Assembly: GCA_963733055.1 (NCBI GenBank)
Contig: CAVTBR010000003.1
Span: 480,001-544,000, forward strand
Length of the DNA: 64,000 bases
Direction: 5' to 3'
DNA from: Candidatus Bathyarchaeota archaeon
GTDB lineage: Archaea > Thermoproteota > Bathyarchaeia > 40CM-2-53-6
This document shows, in pieces, positions 20,201 to 28,963 of the stretch; the first letter of the stretch is position 1, and the number at the start of each line of letters is the position of its first letter. Under the pieces are notes generated by a model. The model had not been told where the DNA came from and did no database searches. It saw only the letters and a list, made by a program, of their open reading frames with translations. A program made the translations under genes and the position numbers.

Positions 20201-20712
20201 GCGTGCATGTACGGGTTGAGAATTGCTAGAGTTGTGATGCCTCTTGAACGGAGTCTCTCCAAGAGTTCGTTGAGCCATTTCCTCGTCTGAAGCGCTTTAT
20301 GTCTCAGCAATATGTCTGAGAGAATATCCAATGCGACCCGTTTCGGCTGAATGGATGCTAATGCTTCGTTGATTTGAAGGTTCAAGTCGGTGAGGTTCTC
20401 GATGCCTTTACCTGGCACGATACCTCTTGCGGGCGACACGGGTTTGTCGCTGCAAATCAGACTTGACCTGCCGTCGGCCGCATCTTGCGCGATCGGTTGG
20501 GCAGTTGAGAGATTGCGACATATCAGCAAGCTAGGCTGCTCACACTTCAGAAAGTTAGCCAGCAGAATTGGCATTTCGTCGCTTGCCGGCGCGTTCAGCA
20601 CGACCATAGAACCATTAAGGAAACCTCCCTGTAGGGCCTCATCCAGCCTACCGTAACCGGTCGAAACCTTATTCCCTAAACTTGGCATAGGCGAGGGTGT
20701 CTTCTCAGTCAA
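17263..20712 (-). CDS. STAND-type AAA ATPase with TPR repeats and an N-terminal degenerate KaiC/RAD55-like domain
   Basis: STGYGRLDEALQGG N-terminus; LVGRDEEL, GEAGAGKS, LLDDMEWAD and TGGNPFF motifs; TPR-like C-terminus. Confidence 0.85.
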   Translation of the reverse strand: MTEKTPSPMPSLGNKVSTGYGRLDEALQGGFLNGSMVVLNAPASDEMPILLANFLKCEQPSLLICRNLSTAQPIAQDAADGRSSLICSDKPVSPARGIVPGKGIENLTDLNLQINEALASIQPKRVALDILSDILLRHKALQTRKWLNELLERLRSRGITTLAILNPYMHAPEETQAVVDLFDVNIEVFEKDVEGRLGKFLRIKWAHGIEVSQREFLLEGLVAEKAGPEPQLTRPVAFREPRWLTPLVGRDEELSRLRSAFQDAQAGKSSIVVIHGEAGAGKSRILRELTSYAQSEGASVLTGRGTEDKVPYSPWVELLREYVASVPSEVLRRMIAGNPADLARLVPDITVKLGTIPPVKSIGEQQDKIRLFETITQFLIAVSKEQPLLVLLDDMEWADQASIDLLEYFVRSTGNLRILAICGYRTEEIEADSPLEKSLMRLNRERVLENISLKNLTLEESGRLVTEIFGEPSVSAELVNLIHQRTGGNPFFVEEILRSLVEDGTIYRSDKGWERKPIQELVVPKSVKAALESRIKKFDPDTLNTMVVASVIGFEFDFDVLGEVSGVEEDLLLDRLEKALASRLIEEPSKKGVFRFVDSRIRELMLGNLSKIRSGRYHQKIAEAMEKIYATNLDQHAEAIASHYYDAGDTQHCTRYSIIAGDRNISIHAYDQAVTDYKRALELLDLEGGRDEEKASVLEKLGGAYYFAGDAQESTVRYEEALALFERLHDYKSCARIRADSSDAIYDAKGPTIGAKEAIIVTRRALKYVESDPDSFEAASIYSRLAFWLGLLDEYQEAVGWIDKGIDAGEKSGNFVAVADGLGTKGGYLADTGRVDEGLPLLEKALQISKEHELFAQASYCLLNLGLYTYPRDLAKAREFAVRRLELCKRINHVIYEVSAWLRLSEIDFFIGDWKAALGEVERSFEILARLGTPLSTKALAQIKRGFLLLGMGDLQKAGADFERALESMKDDTKIGSVVPLHVGLGLLREEQGREVEARQHFEIAVNAFRKLEFSSQPILHIETLLHLTEMYSKLQELDKAREASQWAARLSEQLRSNAGLAMSAQAEAIIHLAAGERERAEESIAKSLALWEKAGWPYYHAKALRAYSEAIAQTSPEESKKRLDQAAEIFQKLGAKRDLEKAQRRFSA

Positions 20713-21109
20713 TTATGAGGCCGCTCAACTCACATCATATGAATATTTACAGTTTTACCGAGGCTGAGAAACCAAAACCTTCCAGTTCCGCGAGCTTGGG
20801 ATGTGCGAACTCCATCGGCACGATTAACAGGACGTCCTTTCACTGCTGACATGAGTGAACGATCTGCTGAAGCATTCAGCCTACATTGATTCAAGGGGTC
20901 TTCGAGGATAAGTCTGTCTTACTTCTGAGGTGAATCTTGAAACTTCGTATTTTCTCAGTTTTGCCTTCGACCATGGGCCCTGAAGAAATAGTCCGGTTCG
21001 TCACATGTACCCCTGTAACGGCCCATAACGAAACTGACCATAAGCCACATTAACTGAACGGCGTAGGCAGGGTTGTGGGGTTTGGCTGCTGTGTCAAACT
21101 AGAGTAGGC

Positions 21110-21970
21110 TTGTTCTTTCTCAGCCTGCTGTTACTGTTAATGTTCGTATCGTTTAACGTGATTCGACCTGTATACAGCACAGGGTTATCTGTAGACGGGT
21201 CTGGTTCAAACGCTTGCACTGGGACATCGTGTTCTGTATTGGCCTTCGGAACCAGTAACCCGAATGATGTTATAATCGTCTTTGCGGGCACCATTACGGG
21301 TCCTAGTATCACATTCTTCACCCCAACGGATAGTCAGGGGCATCTAAGTTTCACGTTGAGGAAGTCCACCCCAGTATCCGCTGGAGTGATGAGTGAATGG
21401 TGGGCTATAGCCACCCCAACGCTTTCAGGAGATACGATAACAGTTACTGCTTCAGGCAACTCATTCATTGCGTTGCAAGTTTGGGGGATGAACGGGGCGA
21501 ACACTGCGTCACCATTCGACCCCTCAGCAGGAGTGCCTGCGACTAACAGCGGCACAGTCCCTCCCTGCGGTTCTGGTTCTTGCTCAGATTCGATTAGCGT
21601 AACGATTTCTTCAACCTCAAATGCTAACGACGTGATACTCGGTATGGTAGCCGATGATTTCTTCTCGGACACCTTGACGGCTGGTTCAGGTTTCAGTCTG
21701 ATAGCCGTCCAGAACGGCGGGACTGCTGCTGAGTTCAAGGTTGTGTCTACCACACAGAGTGGTCTATCCGTTTCCTTCACCATTTCCCACCAGGATAGTG
21801 AAAGTGGTGCCAATTGGGCTATGATTGGGGACGCCGTGCAAGCTCCAGCGGTAACGTCAACCACGACTACGAGTGCGCCTCCTATCCCAGAATACCCCTA
21901 CGGCCTAGTGTTGCTGGCAATCTTATTGGTTATAGGATATGGGTTAGTTAGGCGTAGAATTAATTACTAA
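21110..21970 (+). CDS. Secreted Ser/Thr-rich surface protein with a PEF-CTERM sorting signal
   Basis: Signal peptide; C-terminal IPEYP + TM + RRR. Confidence 0.8.
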   Translation: MFFLSLLLLLMFVSFNVIRPVYSTGLSVDGSGSNACTGTSCSVLAFGTSNPNDVIIVFAGTITGPSITFFTPTDSQGHLSFTLRKSTPVSAGVMSEWWAIATPTLSGDTITVTASGNSFIALQVWGMNGANTASPFDPSAGVPATNSGTVPPCGSGSCSDSISVTISSTSNANDVILGMVADDFFSDTLTAGSGFSLIAVQNGGTAAEFKVVSTTQSGLSVSFTISHQDSESGANWAMIGDAVQAPAVTSTTTTSAPPIPEYPYGLVLLAILLVIGYGLVRRRINY

Positions 21971-21977
21971 ATTATGA

Positions 21978-21995
21978 TTGGGCCTGACGGCCCAA
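21978..21995. terminator. Hairpin between convergent genes
   Basis: TTGGGCC-tgac-GGCCCAA. Confidence 0.5.
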
Positions 21996-22010
21996 CGATC
22001 TTAACGCAGT

Positions 22011-22493
22011 CTAGGGTTTATCGTTTCGGGTTCGGCGTCTAATGACGCCATATGCAATCATCACGGAAAATGCTAGCACGGCTAGGCCTAAGGGGTATTC
22101 AGGAATAGTCAATGGCACCCCAAGAATAATCACCGTTGTAAGACCAATGACGACGAAAGTTGCAGGGCTGCTGGCGGTATCCGTTGAGCACGTTGTAGTA
22201 CTCGACGTTACTTCAGTAGAACTGAGTGTGGAGACGGCGCTCAACCCAGGGACCTGCGTAGTCGTAGTTGTCACTGTGGTCCCTGAAGTCACAGTAATTG
22301 TTGCGTAATTGACCGTAATCATTGATGCAGGGAAGGTAACTGTTGTTGAAACGAAAGTCTCTGTTGTTGCAGGGATAGTTATGATAGTAATTGGAGGGCA
22401 CGGGCTAGCATTGACGATTATGGGTGTTGCCAAGGCTAAGACGGTTGCCATAAGCAAGGCATACTTGACCCAAGCCGTTCCAAATCTCATCAA
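22011..22493 (-). CDS. Thr-rich secreted protein with a PEF-CTERM sorting signal
   Basis: Signal peptide; Thr-rich body; IPEYPLGL + TM + RRR. Confidence 0.75.
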   Translation of the reverse strand: MMRFGTAWVKYALLMATVLALATPIIVNASPCPPITIITIPATTETFVSTTVTFPASMITVNYATITVTSGTTVTTTTTQVPGLSAVSTLSSTEVTSSTTTCSTDTASSPATFVVIGLTTVIILGVPLTIPEYPLGLAVLAFSVMIAYGVIRRRTRNDKP

Positions 22494-22677
22494 ACGAACC
22501 CGACGGTAGGTCAGGTGCGAGAAGGTAATAAGACCTTGTTCGAACCTCGATATCGAATTACGACTCGGACCAGTAAACGTTCCCTTAGCAGTTCGGAGTT
22601 ATCGCTAGCCTGGGAATATTTTACCAAAATCAGCTTGGCCTTTCAGGCCACAGGCGAAGGCCCTAGACGGACATAAT

Positions 22678-22707
22678 AAAGAAAGAAAATTAGGGCGGTT
22701 ACCGCCC
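22678..22707 (-). terminator. Hairpin plus T-tract terminator of the 26-aa ORF
   Basis: GGGCGG-taa-CCGCCC followed by TAATTTTCTTTCTTT on the minus strand. Confidence 0.6.
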
Positions 22708-22720
22708 AAGTTTAGTAGCC

Positions 22721-22801
22721 TTATGCTACTTGTTCCTCTTGTCGAATGTTCTTGTCGTGCTCCTTACCTAAACCCATCTTAACTTTCTTTTTCGGCGCCA
22801 T
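22721..22801 (-). CDS. Small 26-aa protein MAPKKKVKMGLGKEHDKNIRQEEQVA (not in the ORF track)
   Basis: GGAGGTG RBS upstream of ATG, TTAAATA box at about 22852-22858, terminator immediately downstream. Confidence 0.6.
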   Translation of the reverse strand: MAPKKKVKMGLGKEHDKNIRQEEQVA

Positions 22802-23168
22802 CTCTCAAACACCTCCAACAATCAACTAGAACCGTTGTACCTCCGACTAGGTATTTAATGTGGGTTGGAGGGGAAGTCGTAAAGGGTAATTATACTCCAT
22901 TTCTACCTAGTAGAATGAATGGGCCTTACGGCCGTATACACTTGGAGTCGGTCCAACGACGCAGCCCGATAGTATCTTATTCACTACCCCTACACTTTCT
23001 ATCCAGTAGGACAGTTAGTGTCTTACATTGTCCAAAAGTGGTGGCATGAGTTCGGCTTTTGGTGACCTCTCTGGGGCCTCAAAGTTCCCGTCCCAACCTT
23101 TTTTGGCAACTCTATTAGATGAAAAGCAAATGTGGCGATTTCGCTTAGTACTGGGGTCGGTTCAGTGA

Positions 23169-23195
23169 ATGGTGGGGCCGGTGGGATTTGAACCC
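23169..23195 (-). repeat. tRNA 3'-end duplication (att site 2)
   Basis: 27 bp identical to 47885-47911; minus strand GGGTTCAAATCCCACCGGCCCCACCA; no 5' tRNA half. Confidence 0.9.
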
Positions 23196-23264
23196 CCGTT
23201 ATCGTAGGGTTCGATAGCCTTATTTGCACCATCCGACGATAGCCTTTTGCGGAGCTAAACCCTC

Positions 23265-24650
23265 TTGCCGTACAAGAACATGGAGAGTCATCTCAGTAAA
23301 TGTGATGAACCGTGCGTTCAGGATTGGATTCGCAGTCTTAACCCGAACTCGAAGAGTTACGCATACTATTTCCTTCGGTACCGCACTAACGTCATTGAAC
23401 GGAAGTTCTGGAAATCGGCTCAGACGATGCTAAACGATCACAACAAATGTATGAAGTCAAGGGACAAGAAAATCCAATACATGCATTTGGATAGGGTCAT
23501 AAATTACGTCACAGGCTTGCGGACCGGGGTTAGTGACAAACGAAACACTTGGTGTGCAATCCGCAGCTTCTACGAACACCACCGAGAGGACCTCCAGTCA
23601 TTACGCAAGACCGATTCAAATAAGATGTTCAGAAGGAGCAAGCTCGACGAGGAACGCGTCTATGAGGAGCAAGCATTAACTCTTGAAGAAGTTCACAAGC
23701 TAATACTCAACGCACCGTTGCCCTACAACCATGTTTTCACGGTCATGCTCCAAGCAGGCATGGCTGAAGCAGAGTTCGAGCAATTCAACTCCGAAGTGTG
23801 GAAACAGATCGTTGACAAACTGGATAGCCCGGAAGCTATCGAAATTCCCCTACTCAGATCGAAAGTGAGCCGCGGCGGAAAGCTAGTGAAATTCTCCCCC
23901 TTCATCAGCAACGACGCCAAGAAAGCTATTAAGGATTGGCTCAAAATGCGTCCGCAAGCAGTTGATCCATATCTCTTCGTAACTTGGCGGAAGGGAGGAG
24001 GAAAAAACCATCTCACTGGAGCCTACGTGCCGGTCACCGGCGAACTAATCATCAAACAAATTACGAAAATCGCAATGCGCATTCGGCTGATCACAAAAGG
24101 CAACCATGGAGCAGCAAACCGGTACCACGTACACGAACACGAATTCCGAGACCTATTCCGAACCCTGTGCGATATGCATGGGGTAAAACATATTGGAGCT
24201 GAGTTCATGATGGGACATTCAATTGACTCGTACAGGAAAGCACATCTGTATAATATTGACTTCTACCGGGACGAATACAAGAAGATCGAACCATATCTGA
24301 ACGTCATAAGCAACCCCCCCGGTTCACAGAACATCCAACTCTTCCAGCAGGAGAACAGAAGAACGGCAAACCGACTATTCCTGCTAGCGCTACACTACAG
24401 CGAACGGACAATCAAAAAGATTACAAGAGACTGCCCCGGCGACGACTTGGCGAACCTGCCGAAAGATGAAATGGAAAGGTTGTCCGAGAGAGCAAGAAAC
24501 AGATTCGGCGCCACTCCTGCCAAGCCAAAACCCAGGCGACAGAGGTTCGTGACACCACTTGAGGGCAGACGCCTAGTTGAGAACCAGGGCTGGAATCTTG
24601 TGCGCAAGGATTCCGACGAGTGGCTAATCAGGGAGCCGGAGCCAACATGA
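23265..24650 (+). CDS. Tyrosine recombinase/integrase
   Basis: HEFR (H-x-x-R), MGH..DSY and R-x-K motifs; lies 70 bp from the att site; box I reads QAGMAEAE. Confidence 0.85.
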   Translation: MPYKNMESHLSKCDEPCVQDWIRSLNPNSKSYAYYFLRYRTNVIERKFWKSAQTMLNDHNKCMKSRDKKIQYMHLDRVINYVTGLRTGVSDKRNTWCAIRSFYEHHREDLQSLRKTDSNKMFRRSKLDEERVYEEQALTLEEVHKLILNAPLPYNHVFTVMLQAGMAEAEFEQFNSEVWKQIVDKLDSPEAIEIPLLRSKVSRGGKLVKFSPFISNDAKKAIKDWLKMRPQAVDPYLFVTWRKGGGKNHLTGAYVPVTGELIIKQITKIAMRIRLITKGNHGAANRYHVHEHEFRDLFRTLCDMHGVKHIGAEFMMGHSIDSYRKAHLYNIDFYRDEYKKIEPYLNVISNPPGSQNIQLFQQENRRTANRLFLLALHYSERTIKKITRDCPGDDLANLPKDEMERLSERARNRFGATPAKPKPRRQRFVTPLEGRRLVENQGWNLVRKDSDEWLIREPEPT

Positions 24651-24857
24651 CTACAAACCCATCTTATCCAGAAGCCCGTCGACAAGTTTCCAATACATCT
24701 TGACCTTTGTGTAGGACTCGACAGTCAACGGCATCGTGTCTGGCTCCTTCTCTAACATTTTGAGAAACTCCGCGTCCGCTGACGATCCTAGCCGAGCAGA
24801 GACCTTTGCCGCCAACTTCTTGATCTCGATGAGGCTTACCGCGTCGTCACCAGGCAC
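24651..24857 (-). CDS. Small hypothetical protein
   Basis: 68-aa helical ORF abutting the integrase stop codon. Confidence 0.55.
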   Translation of the reverse strand: MPGDDAVSLIEIKKLAAKVSARLGSSADAEFLKMLEKEPDTMPLTVESYTKVKMYWKLVDGLLDKMGL

Positions 24858-24878
24858 GAGTCGTTCACCCGAAATGGC

Positions 24879-25484
24879 TCAATTCTTTTTCCTGTGAGGA
24901 TTCTTTCTTATGTTCTCTATCACTTTCATTTCCTCAAGCTTCGCGTTGAGCAACGAACTCACCTGTTCGCTGTTGACTTGCGAAAGGTCGCCTAGCATGC
25001 TGATTTCAAAGTCAGAATAATGCACTGCTCTTAGAAACGCACTAGCAAACTCCTCCCGTAACCGGACCTGTTCAAACTCCTTTGGGGATATCCGATAACG
25101 CTGCAGAGCCTCCGCAAGTCCGTCCACGTTGGTTTCAAACCAGTCGCTCTCGGAGGTGGCTGTGAATATTTTTGCCCTAAGGCGCACGGAAGAGAGAATG
25201 GAATCGGGATCCTGCGAAGTATCGCCGATTCCCGAAGGATATAGGACGGCTACGGCGAACGATTCCACACCTTCTTTGATGCGCTCCCGGCAACTCTTCT
25301 CCAACGATTCGACGGCGTTTCGCGCACTAACGACCTTTCCCTCCAGAAGAAACTTGGCTCCCGATGAATCTGTAACTACGACGTCGGGTAGCCTATGATT
25401 GTCGGTTACGGAAACGATCTTCTGCCCCGAGAGGATCTCAGCGAGCCTGGCGTTGAGAACCTCTTCGCGCAACGGGCGACCCAC
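24879..25484 (-). CDS. PD-(D/E)XK nuclease-like protein with an integrase-like C-terminal tail
   Basis: LPDVVV...LLEGK motif; tail FLRAVHYSDFEI..LGDLSQV resembles the integrase tail. Confidence 0.6.
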   Translation of the reverse strand: MGRPLREEVLNARLAEILSGQKIVSVTDNHRLPDVVVTDSSGAKFLLEGKVVSARNAVESLEKSCRERIKEGVESFAVAVLYPSGIGDTSQDPDSILSSVRLRAKIFTATSESDWFETNVDGLAEALQRYRISPKEFEQVRLREEFASAFLRAVHYSDFEISMLGDLSQVNSEQVSSLLNAKLEEMKVIENIRKNPHRKKN

Positions 25485-25519
25485 TCGATCAGTCCCCGGT
25501 CCGTAAGACGCGGCAGGTA

Positions 25520-25741
25520 CTATATACCGTTACCGAGATGCAATAGACAGCAAGCCATGCAGGCGCAACCCGCAATCAAGTCGAACATGGAAGCAAGCAC
25601 TCCGGAGTCATCGGAGGGATGATTGTTCTCGCTGAGTCGGTACAAGGATGCGCCGCCTTCGTAATCTCGTTGGACAACTGCATTCATATCAGGTGATATG
25701 ACGAATACCGTTGTGTCCGTGACGGTCTTCGGTGGTTTCAT
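25520..25741 (-). CDS. Small hypothetical protein
   Basis: 73-aa ATG ORF in a co-oriented run. Confidence 0.4.
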   Translation of the reverse strand: MKPPKTVTDTTVFVISPDMNAVVQRDYEGGASLYRLSENNHPSDDSGVLASMFDLIAGCACMACCLLHLGNGI

Positions 25742-26046
25742 TTGGTTAGGTTACTGCCAACTGAGACCAATTTTGCCGGATTGGTCCTGGAGCGCACGCT
25801 TCATGTAATCGCCTCGCTATGTCGCATGCCAACTAGGTCTTTAGCCAACAGTGTTTCGAAAACTGTTGGAAAACGCATCTTAGGAAATACTTCGCTCTGT
25901 TGTTGAAGTATTCACCTGGGTAGATGCGAAGAGACTCAAGCGTACACACTATTCCAAGAAGGATGATACAAACACCCAGATCGCAGAAAGCACTCTATTG
26001 GTCAGAATGACTCCTTGTACCAAACGTCGAATTTTGCATACTACCA

Positions 26047-26934
26047 TTACCCTTCATTTTTGTCTGTGATGAGCCTGTGCTGTTTCGGGCTTCTTTTAGA
26101 CTGTGTGGTTCGTTTCTTTTTGTTTTTCGTCTGTTCAGATTCATTCTTGTCACTTCTTGGAGTTGTGTTAGGGCTTGGTTGAGTGAAGCATTCCCGTATT
26201 CTTTTTTCTGCAAGCTCGCAGTATCTCTTCTCCGTGTCATAGCCCACGTAGTGTCTGCCAGCCTTCAGCGCTGCGATGCAGGTCGTACCACTTCCACAGA
26301 AAGGATCCAGAACAACGTCCCCCCTGAAGGTGTAGAGTTGAATTAGACGGCGCGGCAGATCCTCGGGGAACGGGGCGGGGTGACCTATCCGCTTGGCAGA
26401 AGCGGTATGAATCGACCAGATGCTCTGCGTGTATTCCATAAGCTCGGCGTCGGTAATCGTGCTTTCTCTATTCTCTGCGTTTCTCTCAGACAATCCCTTC
26501 GAGAACACGAGTATCCATTCGTGTACGTCTCGGAGTACTGGATTAGAGGCACTTTTCCAACTCCCCCATGCGGTTGAGACCCCGGCGCTCGCTCCCTTAT
26601 TCCAGATGAACTCTCCTATCATGTCGAATCCGACCTTGTCCATTATTTTGGTAACATAGTTGGTGAGCGGGATGTACGGTTTTCGTCCGATGTTTGCCAT
26701 ATTTATCGCCGCCCTGCCCCCGGTCACCAAGACCCTGTACACCTCATTCATTATTCTCTCCAGAAGCCCCAGGTACTCCTCCATGCTCAGATTCTTGTCA
26801 TACTCCTTCCCCACGTTGTAGGGAGGCGACGTCACAGTCAAAGCAACGCAACTGTCCGGCAATTCCTTCATGTTCTCGCTCGACGAGCAGAAAATCCTAT
26901 CGACCACCTTCTTGGGCAGCGGGTTCTCCGTCAT
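26047..26934 (-). CDS. Beta-class N4-cytosine/N6-adenine DNA methyltransferase
   Basis: VTSPPYN, HPAPFP and VLDPFCGSGTT motifs; ATG at 26934 overlaps the upstream TGA. Confidence 0.92.
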   Translation of the reverse strand: MTENPLPKKVVDRIFCSSSENMKELPDSCVALTVTSPPYNVGKEYDKNLSMEEYLGLLERIMNEVYRVLVTGGRAAINMANIGRKPYIPLTNYVTKIMDKVGFDMIGEFIWNKGASAGVSTAWGSWKSASNPVLRDVHEWILVFSKGLSERNAENRESTITDAELMEYTQSIWSIHTASAKRIGHPAPFPEDLPRRLIQLYTFRGDVVLDPFCGSGTTCIAALKAGRHYVGYDTEKRYCELAEKRIRECFTQPSPNTTPRSDKNESEQTKNKKKRTTQSKRSPKQHRLITDKNEG

Positions 26935-27323
26935 CAACCACAACTCCACACTGCTTTTCCGGAGAGACCAGAGACAAGTTCGAGAGCGAGCTTTTCCCGC
27001 GCCGTACCAAACGAGTCGATCATCTCGACGATCTGCTCCAGGCTCGGCGTCCAACAACTCGTCCGATCCACGATGAAAGGGTAACCTAAACTCGGCATTC
27101 TTACGCCCGTTCTCCATTTATGCAATAATATGAATGGAGCCCCAGATGATAATTCATCTGGTCCCTTCGGCCCTTCCGTGTGACCTTTCAAATCAACACC
27201 TAATTCCGCGTGAGTCATAGGGCGAAATCTGACGTCAGTAAGAGCAAGGTTCTCCCCCCCATTAAGGCGAGGCGGCGGAGAGTGCAAAAGTGACCAGGGG
27301 CAATTTTGTTGACGCTCAACCAA
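26934..27323 (-). CDS. Hypothetical protein translationally coupled to the methylase (start uncertain)
   Basis: TGATG stop/start overlap with the MTase. Confidence 0.45.
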   Translation of the reverse strand: MVERQQNCPWSLLHSPPPRLNGGENLALTDVRFRPMTHAELGVDLKGHTEGPKGPDELSSGAPFILLHKWRTGVRMPSLGYPFIVDRTSCWTPSLEQIVEMIDSFGTAREKLALELVSGLSGKAVWSCG

Positions 27324-27480
27324 TTCAGAGCAAACGAGAACGAGCTTATCGCCAATTCCTAGATTTGCTGAAGCAACCGATCATACAAACGCAACGTGAA
27401 TACCTAGATTCTTGAAAGGCAGATGTCCGATGGCTCGCACATACGAAATTGATTAGAATGTCTGGTGCTACCACACCCAT

Positions 27481-28260
27481 ATGACGCATGGATTTGTGAC
27501 TGTGCATCTGGACATTCAGGCACCATGGGACTTTGGAGACCTATGGTTGGCGTCGCTCAAAGCAGCTGTCGAGAAGGTTTTCCAAAACAGGGGCGACGTC
27601 TATGTGATAATAGAGAATGACCCGAAAGCAGATTATGTGGCAATGGGTGGCCTCAAGAGGGGGATGCCGATTCTTCACCTCAATTACGAAGAGCGTTCCA
27701 CTTTCGAGGAGATGCTTCATTCATACCTTGAAGCGGTCCTTGAACATGAGAGAGGTCACATAGACTGTTACAACATAATGCTCAAGCATGATCAGCTTAG
27801 TGCGCCTAGGCTATTCATAAGAAAAGAAGGTAAAACTACTTGGGGAGAGCATACAAAATCCTTCACAAATTTTCTCCGAGATCTCCTGAAGGATGTCGAG
27901 GCCAACTGCCTAATGGAGCCTACATCCTTATCGAAGTACTTGGAGTTTGAATCCGTCAAAGTACTGAGAGCTTGGCGTATGTTTCAGGTTCATTCCAAGG
28001 TCGAAATAATCTTACTGCTCGCTTACATCGAAACGTGCGCAGAGATGGGTAGAGTTCCCGTGCCTAGCCAACTATCTGTCTGGGCCGAGTCGTTGCCAGA
28101 AACGACCGAGGACCGTTTGATTCATACCCAGGCTCAGAGAGTCTTCCGTGCTGTATGGAACGCCGTCAAAGCCAAAAAGCAAACAGTTGATGTCTTGGAG
28201 GAAACGGGTAAACTAAGTGATTTATGCTTCCAACTGTCTGAACCCAACTTCCAGCTCTGA
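27481..28260 (+). CDS. Putative zinc metallopeptidase-like protein
   Basis: HERGH (HExxH) with a downstream D..A helix. Confidence 0.6.
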   Translation: MTHGFVTVHLDIQAPWDFGDLWLASLKAAVEKVFQNRGDVYVIIENDPKADYVAMGGLKRGMPILHLNYEERSTFEEMLHSYLEAVLEHERGHIDCYNIMLKHDQLSAPRLFIRKEGKTTWGEHTKSFTNFLRDLLKDVEANCLMEPTSLSKYLEFESVKVLRAWRMFQVHSKVEIILLLAYIETCAEMGRVPVPSQLSVWAESLPETTEDRLIHTQAQRVFRAVWNAVKAKKQTVDVLEETGKLSDLCFQLSEPNFQL

Positions 28261-28408
28261 CTTCGGGAGAACTTTCAATTGCTCCGCATCTTCGTTTCCG
28301 TGCTTTCCCGAACCGCCCCGAGTTCTAGACCAATGTAAGTATCGCAGTATGTTCTCCAAGGCAGCAAAATCAGAGCTAAGCTAATAGTATGAACTATAGT
28401 TCTTACAG

Positions 28409-28942
28409 ATGCCTCCGCAGTTAATTACAACAGTATGGACGTCGTGCAGAATGACGACCACAACTAGCTCAGGTTCCAATTTCGGGCCGAAACAGACTAT
28501 TGTAATGGTGATGCTTTTCTTATTCTTAGTCTTAATCTCGATTTTTACTTCTTCTCTTGGGTTCCCTGGGGGGAGGCTCAAACAACCTTCGAATTTGATT
28601 GCAGGGATTCCGTTTCTTGGGATTGCAATCGTATCTCTTGGGCTTACAGCGGTCACGGTTCTAACTGTTCGATCGAACATGAAATTAAGTCGGAAAAGAC
28701 GATGGTTGAATAGACTGGCTAGCGCTTACGCCTGGACAGGCGTCTTAGTTTTTTTCGGCGCTTGGTTTCTCTACGTCAAGGGGTCAGTTATCGGACTGCC
28801 GATTTCAGATGTGGGGATGGTTGTGTTGAACGCATTTTCTGTTATCTGCATTTTTGTCCGATGGGGACTTCGAAGAATAGCCGCTAGCTTAGACCTAGAC
28901 CTTTCGCGGGCTCGATTTACGAGGGGAAACACTAGATCTTGA
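28409..28942 (+). CDS. Hypothetical 4-TM membrane protein
   Basis: Four hydrophobic helices; lies directly upstream of the ATPase. Confidence 0.65.
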   Translation: MPPQLITTVWTSCRMTTTTSSGSNFGPKQTIVMVMLFLFLVLISIFTSSLGFPGGRLKQPSNLIAGIPFLGIAIVSLGLTAVTVLTVRSNMKLSRKRRWLNRLASAYAWTGVLVFFGAWFLYVKGSVIGLPISDVGMVVLNAFSVICIFVRWGLRRIAASLDLDLSRARFTRGNTRS

Positions 28943-28963
28943 TATTCGATAGCGGGGAGATTA

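Noticed and set aside
22634-22662. IS200/IS605-like end hairpin GGCCT-TTC-AGGCC
   Set aside because: Too short, with no tnpA/tnpB or second end nearby
25845-25869. Hairpin CCAACAGT...ACTGTTGG
   Set aside because: Single copy; cannot distinguish a terminator from an operator or chance
26935-27117. N-terminal 60-aa extension of the methylase in the ORF track
   Set aside because: It overlaps the upstream ORF; homology starts at MTENP and the TGATG coupling supports ATG 26934
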